Shown here: piece after piece, positions 1 to 8,563 of the stretch
How positions within the stretch are numbered: the stretch's first letter is position 1
Layout of the letters: the number at the start of each line of letters is the position of its first letter
Assembly (NCBI GenBank): GCA_964587425.1
Contig: CAZPLB010000002.1
Span: forward strand, 102,053-166,052
Source of the DNA: an uncultured Gammaproteobacteria bacterium
GTDB taxonomy: Bacteria > Patescibacteriota > Microgenomatia > UBA8517
DNA: 64,000 nt
Reading direction: 5' to 3'
Translations under genes and position numbers: made by a program
The notes under the pieces: model-generated
Told to the model about the DNA's origin: nothing
The model's database searches: none
The model's input: the letters and a program-made list of their open reading frames with translations, nothing else

Positions 1-1
1 A

Positions 2-430
2 TATGACCAATGCATGATGGCAATTCATCGGCAGGGTGAAGTTTTAGGATCATATCCAAGTGGAAGCTATGACATGTTTATCGAACTTCGAACAGGCATG
101 CTGATAGGAGCACAGACTTCCCAAAGTACAACTGTAATTACCCCATTCGAAACAATTCAAATCGGCGGAGACTCACATTGGGGGCTAGCAACAGATAGGG
201 AGGTATTTCTAAAATTAGCATATCAAGATGAAAGAAGAAGGTTTAACCCTACTAACCTAATCAAATGGATGACAGAAGGAGCCAAGGATCCATACCATAA
301 CGAACCTGAAGCGGTTGTCAAAGCACTAAAACAAAAAGAGCAGGACAAATTAAATCTTGACAAAATGATGTCAGATTTACCAATAGATCAGGTTATAACT
401 ACATTACGGGAACAAGGTTTCGAAATATAA
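2..430 (+). CDS. hypothetical protein, probably 5'-partial
   Basis: ORF 14..430; the frame stays open upstream to the window edge (tat gac caa tgc ATG); no recognised motif. Confidence 0.6.
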   Translation, partial: YDQCMMAIHRQGEVLGSYPSGSYDMFIELRTGMLIGAQTSQSTTVITPFETIQIGGDSHWGLATDREVFLKLAYQDERRRFNPTNLIKWMTEGAKDPYHNEPEAVVKALKQKEQDKLNLDKMMSDLPIDQVITTLREQGFEI

Positions 431-472
431 CTTCACTGCATTTTAAAGAAAACAAGGGAAAAACTGATATAA

Positions 473-832
473 CTATTGCTCTTCTTTTTTTTTAAAAGTT
501 CCTAAAACGAAATCAGCTTTTGTCCCAGCCATTCCTTTTCCTGTTAAACCTGGTACTTTTGCATCTCTCACTTCACCAATTGTTTTATAATTTTTACGAA
601 GTTCTCCAAATGCAGTACTTACAAATCGCTGTTCTTTAATATCCAAACCTTTATAAAACTTGAACCACTCATCCGGTACTCCCTCAACAAAATTAACGCC
701 TTTTCCACAAGCCTGCCATAGGTTACTGGTGAGTAAAGTATCGTCAAGAGAACTGCCAACTGCATTTGCCTGTGATGCAAGTATCTCTTCTTTACGCCGC
801 TTTATTTCGTGTTCACTTGAAGAATCAGCCAT
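473..832 (-). CDS. hypothetical protein
   Basis: 119-aa ORF starting 3 nt after the upstream minus-strand gene; no motif. Confidence 0.6.
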   Translation of the reverse strand: MADSSSEHEIKRRKEEILASQANAVGSSLDDTLLTSNLWQACGKGVNFVEGVPDEWFKFYKGLDIKEQRFVSTAFGELRKNYKTIGEVRDAKVPGLTGKGMAGTKADFVLGTFKKKEEQ

Positions 833-834
833 AC

Positions 835-1479
835 CTACTTTCCGGAATGAGCCAAGCCATCTGAAGCAAATATAGAGTAGCCATTTGAAGTAACCACAGC
901 GCTTCCTGCTTCTGGCTCACCAAATGTCTGCATTGTTACAAACCAAACTCCAGTTGCGGACTTTTCAAGTGTGTATTTAAATTTCCCATCAACTGAAGTT
1001 AAAGCGGTTGTTCCAGTCTGGAAATGCCAATCAGTAGACAGTTTCCCCAAAAGTTTTCCCTTCCCATCTCTAAACCTCAAAGTTAGTGTTCCAGTTTCAA
1101 CTCCAACATCATATCTAAACTTCCCAGAGGACTCGCTACCCAAGAGTAGATCACGATCTATAGAAGTCTGTCCATTTAGTGGGATTGTTCCAGGCACTCC
1201 CTGTGTCTGTCCGCTTGCCACTTTATAAATAAGCTCATAATCCATAGAAGAAACTCCTTTTACTTTATCTATGTTTGTAATTTTCAATTTTAACCAATGT
1301 CCATCAGACTTAGGAAGAAGTTCTGCTGTTGGTCTCTGATCAGCTGGAAGCTCAGCAACAGGACCATCTTCAACTTGAGTAGTATCAGTGTTTTGATTCC
1401 TGCGTATCATTAAAACTACACCAACAAAAACAAGGATTCCAACCCCAAGAAGAATAAATGGCAAGTATTTTTTATTCAT
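835..1479 (-). CDS. N-terminally membrane-anchored hypothetical protein with beta-rich extracellular domain
   Basis: MNKKYLPFILLGVGILVFVGVVLMI TM segment followed by a soluble domain; coupled to glyQS. Confidence 0.8.
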   Translation of the reverse strand: MNKKYLPFILLGVGILVFVGVVLMIRRNQNTDTTQVEDGPVAELPADQRPTAELLPKSDGHWLKLKITNIDKVKGVSSMDYELIYKVASGQTQGVPGTIPLNGQTSIDRDLLLGSESSGKFRYDVGVETGTLTLRFRDGKGKLLGKLSTDWHFQTGTTALTSVDGKFKYTLEKSATGVWFVTMQTFGEPEAGSAVVTSNGYSIFASDGLAHSGK

Positions 1480-1480
1480 A

Positions 1481-2785
1481 TTACTTCAATTTAGTTTGAA
1501 GAAAGTTCTCCAACTTGTCAATGGACACTCTCTCTTGTTTTGCAGTATCACGATCTCGAACAGTAACCATATCATCTTTCAAACTGTCAAAGTCAACTGT
1601 TATGCAATATGGTGTTCCAATTTCATCCTGTGCAAAATATCTTTTACCAATGTTTCCTCTGGAATCATAATTAACCATAAATTTCTGTCTCAAGTTTTCG
1701 TAAATTTCATGTGCTTTTTTAGTAAGTTCTTCCTTATTTGCCAAAAGTGGAAAAATTGCAGCTTTATATGCCGCAAGTCTTGGATCCAGTTTCAGATAAA
1801 TCCTCTCCCCATCTTCTTTGTATGAATCAATAAGCAAAAATAAAATTGATCTATCAACCCCTGCAGAGGTTTCAATATCCCATGGTATATATTCCTCATT
1901 TGTAATTGGATCACGGTATTTCATGTTTTTTCCTGAATATTCTCCGTGCCGCCTCAGATCCCAATCTCCCCTGTGGTGTATTCCCATAAACTCACTCCAC
2001 CCCCAAGGAGCCTTGTATTCAATATCTGTTGCCATCTTTGCATAGTGCGCCCTTTCGTCATCTTCATGATCTCGGAACCTTAAATTTTCTTTATCCATCC
2101 CTAGTCCCAAATACCATTTCATTCTCTCTTCCTTCCAATATTCAAACCATTTCTTTCCTTCTTTCTCTTCAGGCTTTATGTAAAACTGCACTTCCATTTG
2201 TTCAAATTCACGGCTCCTGAAAGTAAAGTTTCCCGGAGTTATTTCATTTCGAAATGCCTTACCAACCTGTGCTATTCCAAAAGGAATTTTTACTCGGCTT
2301 GAGTCAACTACGTTTTTAAAGTTCACATGAACTCCATTTGTAATTTCTCCACGAAGAAATATTTCAGATTCTTTTCCTTCAATTATTCCCAAATATGCCT
2401 TCACCAGAAGATTAAATTTCTGGGGTTCAGTCCACTCAACTTTTTTACCCTTGTGAGTTTTTTCGTGCGCTTCAATCTCATCGGGCTTGTCAGAACGATA
2501 CCTTTGGTGACAAATCTTGCATTCAACCAGTGGATCAGTAAATGCTTCCACATGTCCTGATGCCTCCCAAGCTCTGGGGTTCATCATAATTGCAGCGTCA
2601 ACTCCAACTACATCATCACGAAGTTGTACCATTTCCTTCCACCACAAATCCTTCAAGTTTTTCTTGATTAAACTTCCAACTGGACCATAATCCCAAGTTC
2701 CGGCAAGTCCTCCATATATTTCACTTCCTGGAAATATAATTCCGCGTCTTTTACAAAGTGCTACTATTTTTTCCAAAGAAACCAT
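1481..2785 (-). CDS. glyQS: glycine--tRNA ligase, alpha2 (eukaryote/archaeal-like) type
   Basis: EIYGG..G.WDYGP, AQVGKAFRNEITPGNF.FRSREFEQME (class II motif 2), HYAK..TDIEY, anticodon domain GKRY..QDEIGTPYCITVD. Confidence 0.97.
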   Translation of the reverse strand: MVSLEKIVALCKRRGIIFPGSEIYGGLAGTWDYGPVGSLIKKNLKDLWWKEMVQLRDDVVGVDAAIMMNPRAWEASGHVEAFTDPLVECKICHQRYRSDKPDEIEAHEKTHKGKKVEWTEPQKFNLLVKAYLGIIEGKESEIFLRGEITNGVHVNFKNVVDSSRVKIPFGIAQVGKAFRNEITPGNFTFRSREFEQMEVQFYIKPEEKEGKKWFEYWKEERMKWYLGLGMDKENLRFRDHEDDERAHYAKMATDIEYKAPWGWSEFMGIHHRGDWDLRRHGEYSGKNMKYRDPITNEEYIPWDIETSAGVDRSILFLLIDSYKEDGERIYLKLDPRLAAYKAAIFPLLANKEELTKKAHEIYENLRQKFMVNYDSRGNIGKRYFAQDEIGTPYCITVDFDSLKDDMVTVRDRDTAKQERVSIDKLENFLQTKLK

Positions 2786-2790
2786 GTCTA

Positions 2791-2796
2791 ATTATA
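2791..2796 (-). promoter_or_regulatory. -10 box TATAAT 5 nt upstream of glyQS ATG (leaderless-type)
   Basis: minus strand reads ggTATAATtagacATG. Confidence 0.6.
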
Positions 2797-2835
2797 CCTG
2801 AAGTTCATTTAAAGTATATATTTGGGAAATCAAAC

Positions 2836-3678
2836 TCATAAAATATAAATATCTTGTCCATATTCACTTACCCCAACCTTCTCACCCTTTCCTTCAAGAA
2901 TTGATTCAAGCCCTCGGCATGCAAAACATCCTTCTTTTGGACATTTCAAATGATTAATCTTGCGTCCTAAACTTATCCTCTTGGCAACCTCATATACTTT
3001 TTCATATGAATCCTTTAAATCTGGCAATTCCATTTCCTTGAGTCCAGTATCATTGTCCAAGTACCAGTAACTCACTTTTTCAACATTTCGCTTTTGCAAA
3101 TTTTTTGCAAGCAAATAATAGATGGGTAATTGAAGGCTCTCGCCATCCTCTTCATGTTTTCCAGTTTTAAAATCAATAATATGAACTCCATCTGTTTCAT
3201 CGAGGTACTCCACCCAATCAATTTTCCCGCACAAAATTATATTGTCTTCCTCACTCAGCCAATAGTAAGGTAATCCGCTTTCACTTTTTATTTTTATAGC
3301 CTTACTTGAAAGTGGTCCGGGATTATCCATAATTTTCTTTAACATTTTTCTGCCCCTTTCCTTGAATTCTTCCTCCTCTGTTTTCGATCTAAATCCTCCC
3401 TTTTTACCACTTACCTTTTCCCAAGCAGTATCATATTTTTGAAGTACAGTATCATCAAACCTTTCTTCAACGGGCAAAATGGATAGTGATTCAATAATTT
3501 CATGTACTATCATCCCTAATGTTAGGGAAGGTGAGACAATAGTCATCTTGTGTCCTGTCTTTGGATCTTTGTATACATTTCGAAGGTAGTAAAGTCTAGG
3601 GCACTTCAAAAAATCAGCAATTGAAGAATGGGAAACCCAAGTAGCTTTGAATTTGTCTTTTGTAGAACTATCCTGCAT
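2836..3678 (-). CDS. PD-(D/E)XK nuclease, RecB/AddB/Cas4-like, with putative Fe-S staple
   Basis: S.SS...F..CPR.Y, LG..VH, GKIDW..IIDFKTG, QL..Y, C-terminal CPKEGCFAC. Confidence 0.85.
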   Translation of the reverse strand: MQDSSTKDKFKATWVSHSSIADFLKCPRLYYLRNVYKDPKTGHKMTIVSPSLTLGMIVHEIIESLSILPVEERFDDTVLQKYDTAWEKVSGKKGGFRSKTEEEEFKERGRKMLKKIMDNPGPLSSKAIKIKSESGLPYYWLSEEDNIILCGKIDWVEYLDETDGVHIIDFKTGKHEEDGESLQLPIYYLLAKNLQKRNVEKVSYWYLDNDTGLKEMELPDLKDSYEKVYEVAKRISLGRKINHLKCPKEGCFACRGLESILEGKGEKVGVSEYGQDIYIL

Positions 3679-4171
3679 TTAGGATCATTATAGCGTAATT
3701 TAGAAGCATGGCAAAACTAACCCAAACAAGATATGGAATCAAAACATATGAAGCCCTCTTATCAACCCATGTAAACTTAACAATCATAATTATAATGGTT
3801 AGCCACAGAAGTACGATTTCATACAAAGCTATGCGCAAATCGTGAAGCCCAAAGAAAAGAAGTGTCCAGAGAAAATTAAGTATTAGATTTAATGTAAAAC
3901 AAATGAGTGCAAACCAACTATGCTTCTTGGCTGTCCAAGTAATGTAAAGCGATACTGCTATTAAAAAGTAGAGAAGTATCCAAATAGATCCAAAAACCCA
4001 ATTAGGAGGAGTAAAACTTGGTTTAATTAAGCTCAAATACCAATTATCAATAAAAGATCTTGCAACTACCACTCCTCCTGCAAGTCCAGTCCCTAATACC
4101 AAACCAAAACTAATGACTAGTTTCAAAAATTTATTGTTGTGCTGTATACCAATCTTCTTCCTTTTTGCCAT
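3668..4171 (-). CDS. tspO: TspO/MBR tryptophan-rich sensory membrane protein
   Basis: WY..L.KP.FTPPNWVFG.IW, LN.LWT.LFFG, PYL.WV.FA..LN; start moved to ATG 4171, which has TATAAT 6 nt upstream. Confidence 0.92.
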   Translation of the reverse strand: MAKRKKIGIQHNNKFLKLVISFGLVLGTGLAGGVVVARSFIDNWYLSLIKPSFTPPNWVFGSIWILLYFLIAVSLYITWTAKKHSWFALICFTLNLILNFLWTLLFFGLHDLRIALYEIVLLWLTIIIMIVKFTWVDKRASYVLIPYLVWVSFAMLLNYAIMILNAG

Positions 4172-4194
4172 TAATTCATTATATGTACAAATCT

Positions 4195-4710
4195 CTACGG
4201 CTTGCAATTAGGCCAAAAGTTTCGGCCTCGTGTTGCAAGTAAATACGCTGCAGTCTGTACAGATGCCTTTGCATCAAACCTCAAATTAATGTTTATGTCC
4301 TCCCCCATTACTTTTCTGGTATTTTGCCAAGTAACAGGTTCAAACTGATAAAGACCTATGTATGGACCATTTTTGGCATTTGGATTAAATCCACTTTCAC
4401 AAATTGCAATATGGCGAAGTACATTTGGATCAGTTGCATATTGTCCTGCAAAACTTTCAATAAACCCATTAATTTCCTGAGATGTAACAGGAATTGGAGT
4501 TGGAAGAGGTTTGGGAGTAATTGTTGGCAAAGGTATCGGTGCAGGAGTTGGTGTTAAAGAAGGAAGGGGTGTAGCTGTAATTGCAGGCATGGGACTAACC
4601 TCAATTTTTTCAGCCAAGACAACAGGGTTTGGTTTACTGGCCGAATGTAAAATCCCAAGTATCGCAGGAATTAAAGTAGCAGCTATACCTAAAAAGAAAA
4701 ATTTCCTCAA
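4195..4710 (-). CDS. secreted/anchored lytic transglycosylase, Rpf-like, with Pro/Thr linker
   Basis: signal/TM, TPLPSLTPTPAPIPLPTITPKPLPTP linker, AICESG..NGPYIGLYQF...TW, C-terminal WPNC. Confidence 0.8.
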   Translation of the reverse strand: MRKFFFLGIAATLIPAILGILHSASKPNPVVLAEKIEVSPMPAITATPLPSLTPTPAPIPLPTITPKPLPTPIPVTSQEINGFIESFAGQYATDPNVLRHIAICESGFNPNAKNGPYIGLYQFEPVTWQNTRKVMGEDININLRFDAKASVQTAAYLLATRGRNFWPNCKP

Positions 4711-4711
4711 G

Positions 4712-4909
4712 TTAAGAAACTTTTGCAGCCTCTAGTTCATCTTCCATCTCGTCAACCGGAGTCGCACTCAAATGTTCGCCATCGGTACAGCTGCATTCGG
4801 CCAGTGGTTTTCCGTTTCTTGGACAATCCTCAGTCATACAAACTCCAGGAGTGTCAGAAACTCCTTTGCATTCCAAACAAACATAGTGGGTTTTCTGTAT
4901 TTGTTCCAT
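4712..4909 (-). CDS. small Cys-rich putative metal-binding protein
   Basis: CLEC..C....C..CSC..H with acidic tail; 1-nt spacing to both neighbours. Confidence 0.7.
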   Translation of the reverse strand: MEQIQKTHYVCLECKGVSDTPGVCMTEDCPRNGKPLAECSCTDGEHLSATPVDEMEDELEAAKVS

Positions 4910-4910
4910 A

Positions 4911-5309
4911 CTATTCAGATGTTACTCCATCAAACTCTTCAGAATCAAGACTAGCATCTTCTTTAGTTTTATGTATCGTTTTATCCTTATGGTGGGGAGG
5001 CGAGTAAATTGTGTAAAGTTTCAATGATTCAGTATCTGAAGTATTAATAACATTGTGCTGTGCTCCAGCTGGTACAACCACAACATCGCCGCTACGAACA
5101 GGATATTCATTTACATCAACTATCACCTTTCCATTTCCAACTTCAAACCTAAAAAACTGATCATTGTCATTGTGTGTCTCCATTCCAATTTCTTCAAGTG
5201 TTTTTAAAGACATAAGAACTAACTGTGAGTGTTTCGCTGTATAAACTACCTGTCTGAAGTCAGAATTTCCACTAACCAATTCCTCTATATTTGCCTTGAA
5301 ACCCTTCAT
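4911..5309 (-). CDS. cupin domain protein
   Basis: EIGMETH..NDQFFRFE.G.G, GD.VVVPAG..HNV.N, LYTIYSPPHH. Confidence 0.9.
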   Translation of the reverse strand: MKGFKANIEELVSGNSDFRQVVYTAKHSQLVLMSLKTLEEIGMETHNDNDQFFRFEVGNGKVIVDVNEYPVRSGDVVVVPAGAQHNVINTSDTESLKLYTIYSPPHHKDKTIHKTKEDASLDSEEFDGVTSE

Positions 5310-5345
5310 AATTACAATTGATTATGTACCTCCATAAATATCTAG

Positions 5346-6017
5346 TCAAGGTTTTGCATATAAATCCACTCCAAAAGCATTTGATATTCTATCAAACACT
5401 TTCCCTTTATCATCTTTGATATTCTTATCAAAAATAAAAGGGTTTTTATTTTCATCAAATCTATAAATTACAAAAGGGCTACCTTTTGCCTCAGTTCCAG
5501 AAATACACAAGAAACCACCAGGCTTAATTATATTAGATATATTCACCATAATACTTTCAGTCTGTTTATCCCCGAGAGTATTCTGTTGGATAGATTGATA
5601 TAGATTATTCATCAAAAAGACTGCTTCGAAAGTATTTTTTGCAAATGGAGGCCGATATCCATCACCTGCAAAAATTACTGGATCCTTGCCGCCAGTCTGA
5701 TATTGTCGCTCGTCACCTCCTGTAACATCTCCCAATACTCGAGCCACTCTCTCAGCAATACTTCTTTCTTTACTATCAATTAGCATCTGTCTATTTACTT
5801 CTATAGAATAAACTTGGACATTAGATCCGAATATATTTGCTAAATCTTTTGTAGTCTCTCCAGTAGATGACCCCACTTCAAGAATATTCCCATGGGTTAT
5901 TATTTTTCTTAATTTCTCGATATTGCGTCCGAAAGTCTGTTCAACTCTACCAGCCCAAGTCAAAAATTCAGTATGATATCCCTTAGTCTTATCAAACGAA
6001 TATTTTTTATCAGCCAT
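5346..6017 (-). CDS. class I SAM-dependent methyltransferase-like protein
   Basis: ILEVGSSTG, IEVN, GDG...PFA.NTFEAVF, IKPGG. Confidence 0.7.
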   Translation of the reverse strand: MADKKYSFDKTKGYHTEFLTWAGRVEQTFGRNIEKLRKIITHGNILEVGSSTGETTKDLANIFGSNVQVYSIEVNRQMLIDSKERSIAERVARVLGDVTGGDERQYQTGGKDPVIFAGDGYRPPFAKNTFEAVFLMNNLYQSIQQNTLGDKQTESIMVNISNIIKPGGFLCISGTEAKGSPFVIYRFDENKNPFIFDKNIKDDKGKVFDRISNAFGVDLYAKP

Positions 6018-6031
6018 ACTTATCTAAGTTA

Positions 6032-7108
6032 CTATTCCAGTTTCAAACTATCAAGTTCAGGAAGTGACTTCCCAACTACTCCTTGAAAATCTCCATACAA
6101 TCCGTGCGTGTGATCAATCACTTTCCGTATCTCCTTCTCCTGTCTTGCCCACTTGGTATTAAAGTATCTTTTTTCTTTTTCTATATCATCCTGTAACCCT
6201 GAAAATATATCTATAATCCCTTCCACCCTGTTGCGAAATTCTGTACCAGTTATATATTGGTAAAGAATTGTCATTTTTTCATCTTTACCTTCACTTGATT
6301 TTCTTTCATGGTATAAACTGACTAAATTAAAACGCAAACTCCATGCAAGCGGTAAGAAATTCTTCAAGTTACAAATCCACACACCATCTCGGTATGTAAA
6401 ACTATCAATTCCATCAGGCATATGGACGCTCACCAAGACAAGGAGATCAGCTTTTGCCTGTCTTCCATCTTCTTTGAGTTTTGCAATCCATCCATCGGTC
6501 CACTTTGCATTCTTACTTTCCCAAAGAATAACTCCAGTTGACCTCCCCAATTTATCAACAACGATCTGAGTAAGATCAGCTCCACGAACACCTTTCTTAA
6601 CCTCACTAATCTTATCCATTGGAAATTCAGTCTTTAATTTTGTTTCAAGTTCAAGTTCAAGAGACTCACCCTGTGTTTGCTGCGATCCCTGTTGCATCTT
6701 AGTCTTCAAAATTTCAACCTGGGAAAGCGCATCAGCAAGTTTTTTATCCTTCTCCAAATCTTTCAGTTGATGTTCCTCGAGAGCTTTCTTTCTGGTCTCA
6801 ACTTTAATTTTTTCTTCTTCATCAAGAAGCTTCTTCTTCATCTCAATTTCACGCTCCTCATCCTTCTCACGAAGTTTTCGCACCTCCCCCAATAGTTCAT
6901 CAATTTGATCAGTTAATTTCTTACTTCTCTCACGTTCTGCCTCTAAATCCTTACCAGCCTTTTTAGAAAGTTCAATTTTCAAGTTTTCAATTTCCTCTTT
7001 ATGCTTCTCACCTAAATCAGCCGCAACCTTCTCTTGAAGTTCATGAGCAAAAGCCTCAGTCAGTTCAAAATCTTTACTACAATGTGGACACTTAATAGTA
7101 TTTTTCAT
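6032..7108 (-). CDS. DUF2130 family protein (Zn knuckle, coiled coil, restriction-endonuclease-like domain)
   Basis: IKCPHC, long E/K coiled coil, GSQQTQGE.LE..LE..L...FP.D.I.EV.KG..GAD, ILWESK...W...WI.KLKED. Confidence 0.85.
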   Translation of the reverse strand: MKNTIKCPHCSKDFELTEAFAHELQEKVAADLGEKHKEEIENLKIELSKKAGKDLEAERERSKKLTDQIDELLGEVRKLREKDEEREIEMKKKLLDEEEKIKVETRKKALEEHQLKDLEKDKKLADALSQVEILKTKMQQGSQQTQGESLELELETKLKTEFPMDKISEVKKGVRGADLTQIVVDKLGRSTGVILWESKNAKWTDGWIAKLKEDGRQAKADLLVLVSVHMPDGIDSFTYRDGVWICNLKNFLPLAWSLRFNLVSLYHERKSSEGKDEKMTILYQYITGTEFRNRVEGIIDIFSGLQDDIEKEKRYFNTKWARQEKEIRKVIDHTHGLYGDFQGVVGKSLPELDSLKLE

Positions 7109-7842
7109 ACGAGTAAAACTTCTTCTAAATTTTTTAAATCCTTATTTCTAACCTGGATAAGTTTTAAGTCATATTTTTGGTATAACTTAATTTTCTCATC
7201 TTTGCGAATCAAATACTTGTCGTCATTCATCCCCCAATACTCTATATATATTCCAGCTTTTGAACTCGAACTTGGTATATAAAAATCGCAAATAACTACT
7301 TCATTTATTGGCACTTGTTGTTCATATACATGGACTATTTTGTGATCAAAAAGCCAATCATCAATCAAAACTTCAGCATAACTTCTCACAAAATGCCCAT
7401 CTTTAGTTTTATTCTGTGGTGGGTTTGATTTTAGGTATTTCTGATCTGCCGAAGAAAGCCTTTCCTTAGATTTAAACTTTGAAATTAGTTTATCAAACTG
7501 TATAGAGTTTACTTTTGCTTTCGGGAAACCCCTTTTACCATCAAAAAATATGATTCCATCAATTTCCGGTTTCGACAGTGGCCTATACTTTTCTTCCCTT
7601 TTTACTCTAACTTGCCATGGATAAGCACCACCCCAAGCATCCGGTTTTATATCCTTTGCCGAATGCGATATCGCTTCAAAGACACCATGCAAAATTCCAT
7701 CACTGTAATCATATAAAAACAATATATCTCCAGTACTCACATCTTTTACTTGAGAAGTATATCTCTCAGTTCCACCAAATATATTATCTCGTAGACACTC
7801 TTTCTTTGTATATCTTGAACACAAGAATATATATACCGACAT
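7105..7842 (-). CDS. DCD (PUA/EVE-like) domain fused to a PD-(D/E)XK nuclease domain
   Basis: N-term YIFLC...T..EC....FG, GD.LFLY.YS...LHG.FEA, I.P.AW...YP.QVR; C-term DGH.VRS..E..IDDWL, CDFY, IYIEYWG, RK..K...Y. Confidence 0.8.
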   Translation of the reverse strand: MSVYIFLCSRYTKKECLRDNIFGGTERYTSQVKDVSTGDILFLYDYSDGILHGVFEAISHSAKDIKPDAWGGAYPWQVRVKREEKYRPLSKPEIDGIIFFDGKRGFPKAKVNSIQFDKLISKFKSKERLSSADQKYLKSNPPQNKTKDGHFVRSYAEVLIDDWLFDHKIVHVYEQQVPINEVVICDFYIPSSSSKAGIYIEYWGMNDDKYLIRKDEKIKLYQKYDLKLIQVRNKDLKNLEEVLLV

Positions 7843-7848
7843 AGCCGT

Positions 7849-8523
7849 TCATTTTACCACTTCAGTTAATCTTTTCTTAGCCACCTCACAATATTTTTCA
7901 TTAATCTCTACCCCAACTCCTTCTCTCTCCAACATCTTGCATACCACCAAAGTTGTTCCACTCCCCATAAAAGGATCAAGAATGAGATCTTCCTCAGTAC
8001 TAAACATCTGTATTAGTCTTCTTGGTATTTCAACAGGGAAAGCTGCAGGGTGCCCTAGTTTCTTTTGACTCTCTCCACTAAACTGCCAAATATTATTCAC
8101 CCATTCTCTGAATTCTGCCTTTACTGGCTTCCACTCACCTTTGTATAAAACAATAATAACTTCAACTGCTTTTGAAAAAGCCATTGAATATTTATTTCGA
8201 ACACTCTGTTTATTCCAAATTATTGTACCTTTGTATCTGAAACCTGCCCTTTTAGCTAACAATGTAATATCAGCGTACAAACTTCTCTTTTCACCCTTTC
8301 CTGTATCAATGGGTACATTAATACAAATCCTTCCATTATCTTTGAGTAATTCAAAACATTTAATAAGCCAGTTCCTACTAAATTCCAAATAATCTTTGTA
8401 ACTTTCATTATCTTTATACACTCCATAATCAATTCCCAAATTGTATGGAGGTGAAGTTATAATTAGATCAACTGAAGAATTTTCAAGTTCTACTTTCAAA
8501 AAATCTTCATTATATATCCTCAT
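7849..8523 (-). CDS. site-specific DNA methyltransferase (amino-MTase, beta class, m4C/m6A)
   Basis: VDLIITSPPY (motif IV) precedes HPAAFP.E and ILDPFMGSGTT (motif I); likely start ATG 8523 behind TGgTAAAAT. Confidence 0.92.
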   Translation of the reverse strand: MRIYNEDFLKVELENSSVDLIITSPPYNLGIDYGVYKDNESYKDYLEFSRNWLIKCFELLKDNGRICINVPIDTGKGEKRSLYADITLLAKRAGFRYKGTIIWNKQSVRNKYSMAFSKAVEVIIVLYKGEWKPVKAEFREWVNNIWQFSGESQKKLGHPAAFPVEIPRRLIQMFSTEEDLILDPFMGSGTTLVVCKMLEREGVGVEINEKYCEVAKKRLTEVVK

Positions 8524-8533
8524 ATTTTGGGGC

Positions 8534-8558
8534 ATTTTACCATTAATCGTGATAAAAT
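8534..8558. promoter_or_regulatory. divergent extended -10 promoters (MTase operon / phosphodiester glycosidase)
   Basis: minus TGgTAAAAT (8542-8534) 10 nt before ATG 8523; plus TGaTAAAAT (8550-8558) 5 nt before ATG 8564. Confidence 0.55.
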
Positions 8559-8563
8559 AGCGT

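Noticed and set aside
2836-3678. CRISPR-Cas locus suggested by the Cas4-like gene
   Set aside because: No repeat-spacer array or other cas genes; intergenic gaps are too short to hold an array
4490-4590. Repetitive-looking DNA (ggagttgg/ggaattgg)
   Set aside because: It encodes the Pro/Thr linker of the Rpf-like protein; no exact tandem unit
6660-7040. Low-complexity T/C-rich stretch
   Set aside because: Explained by the Glu/Lys coiled coil of DUF2130 on the minus strand
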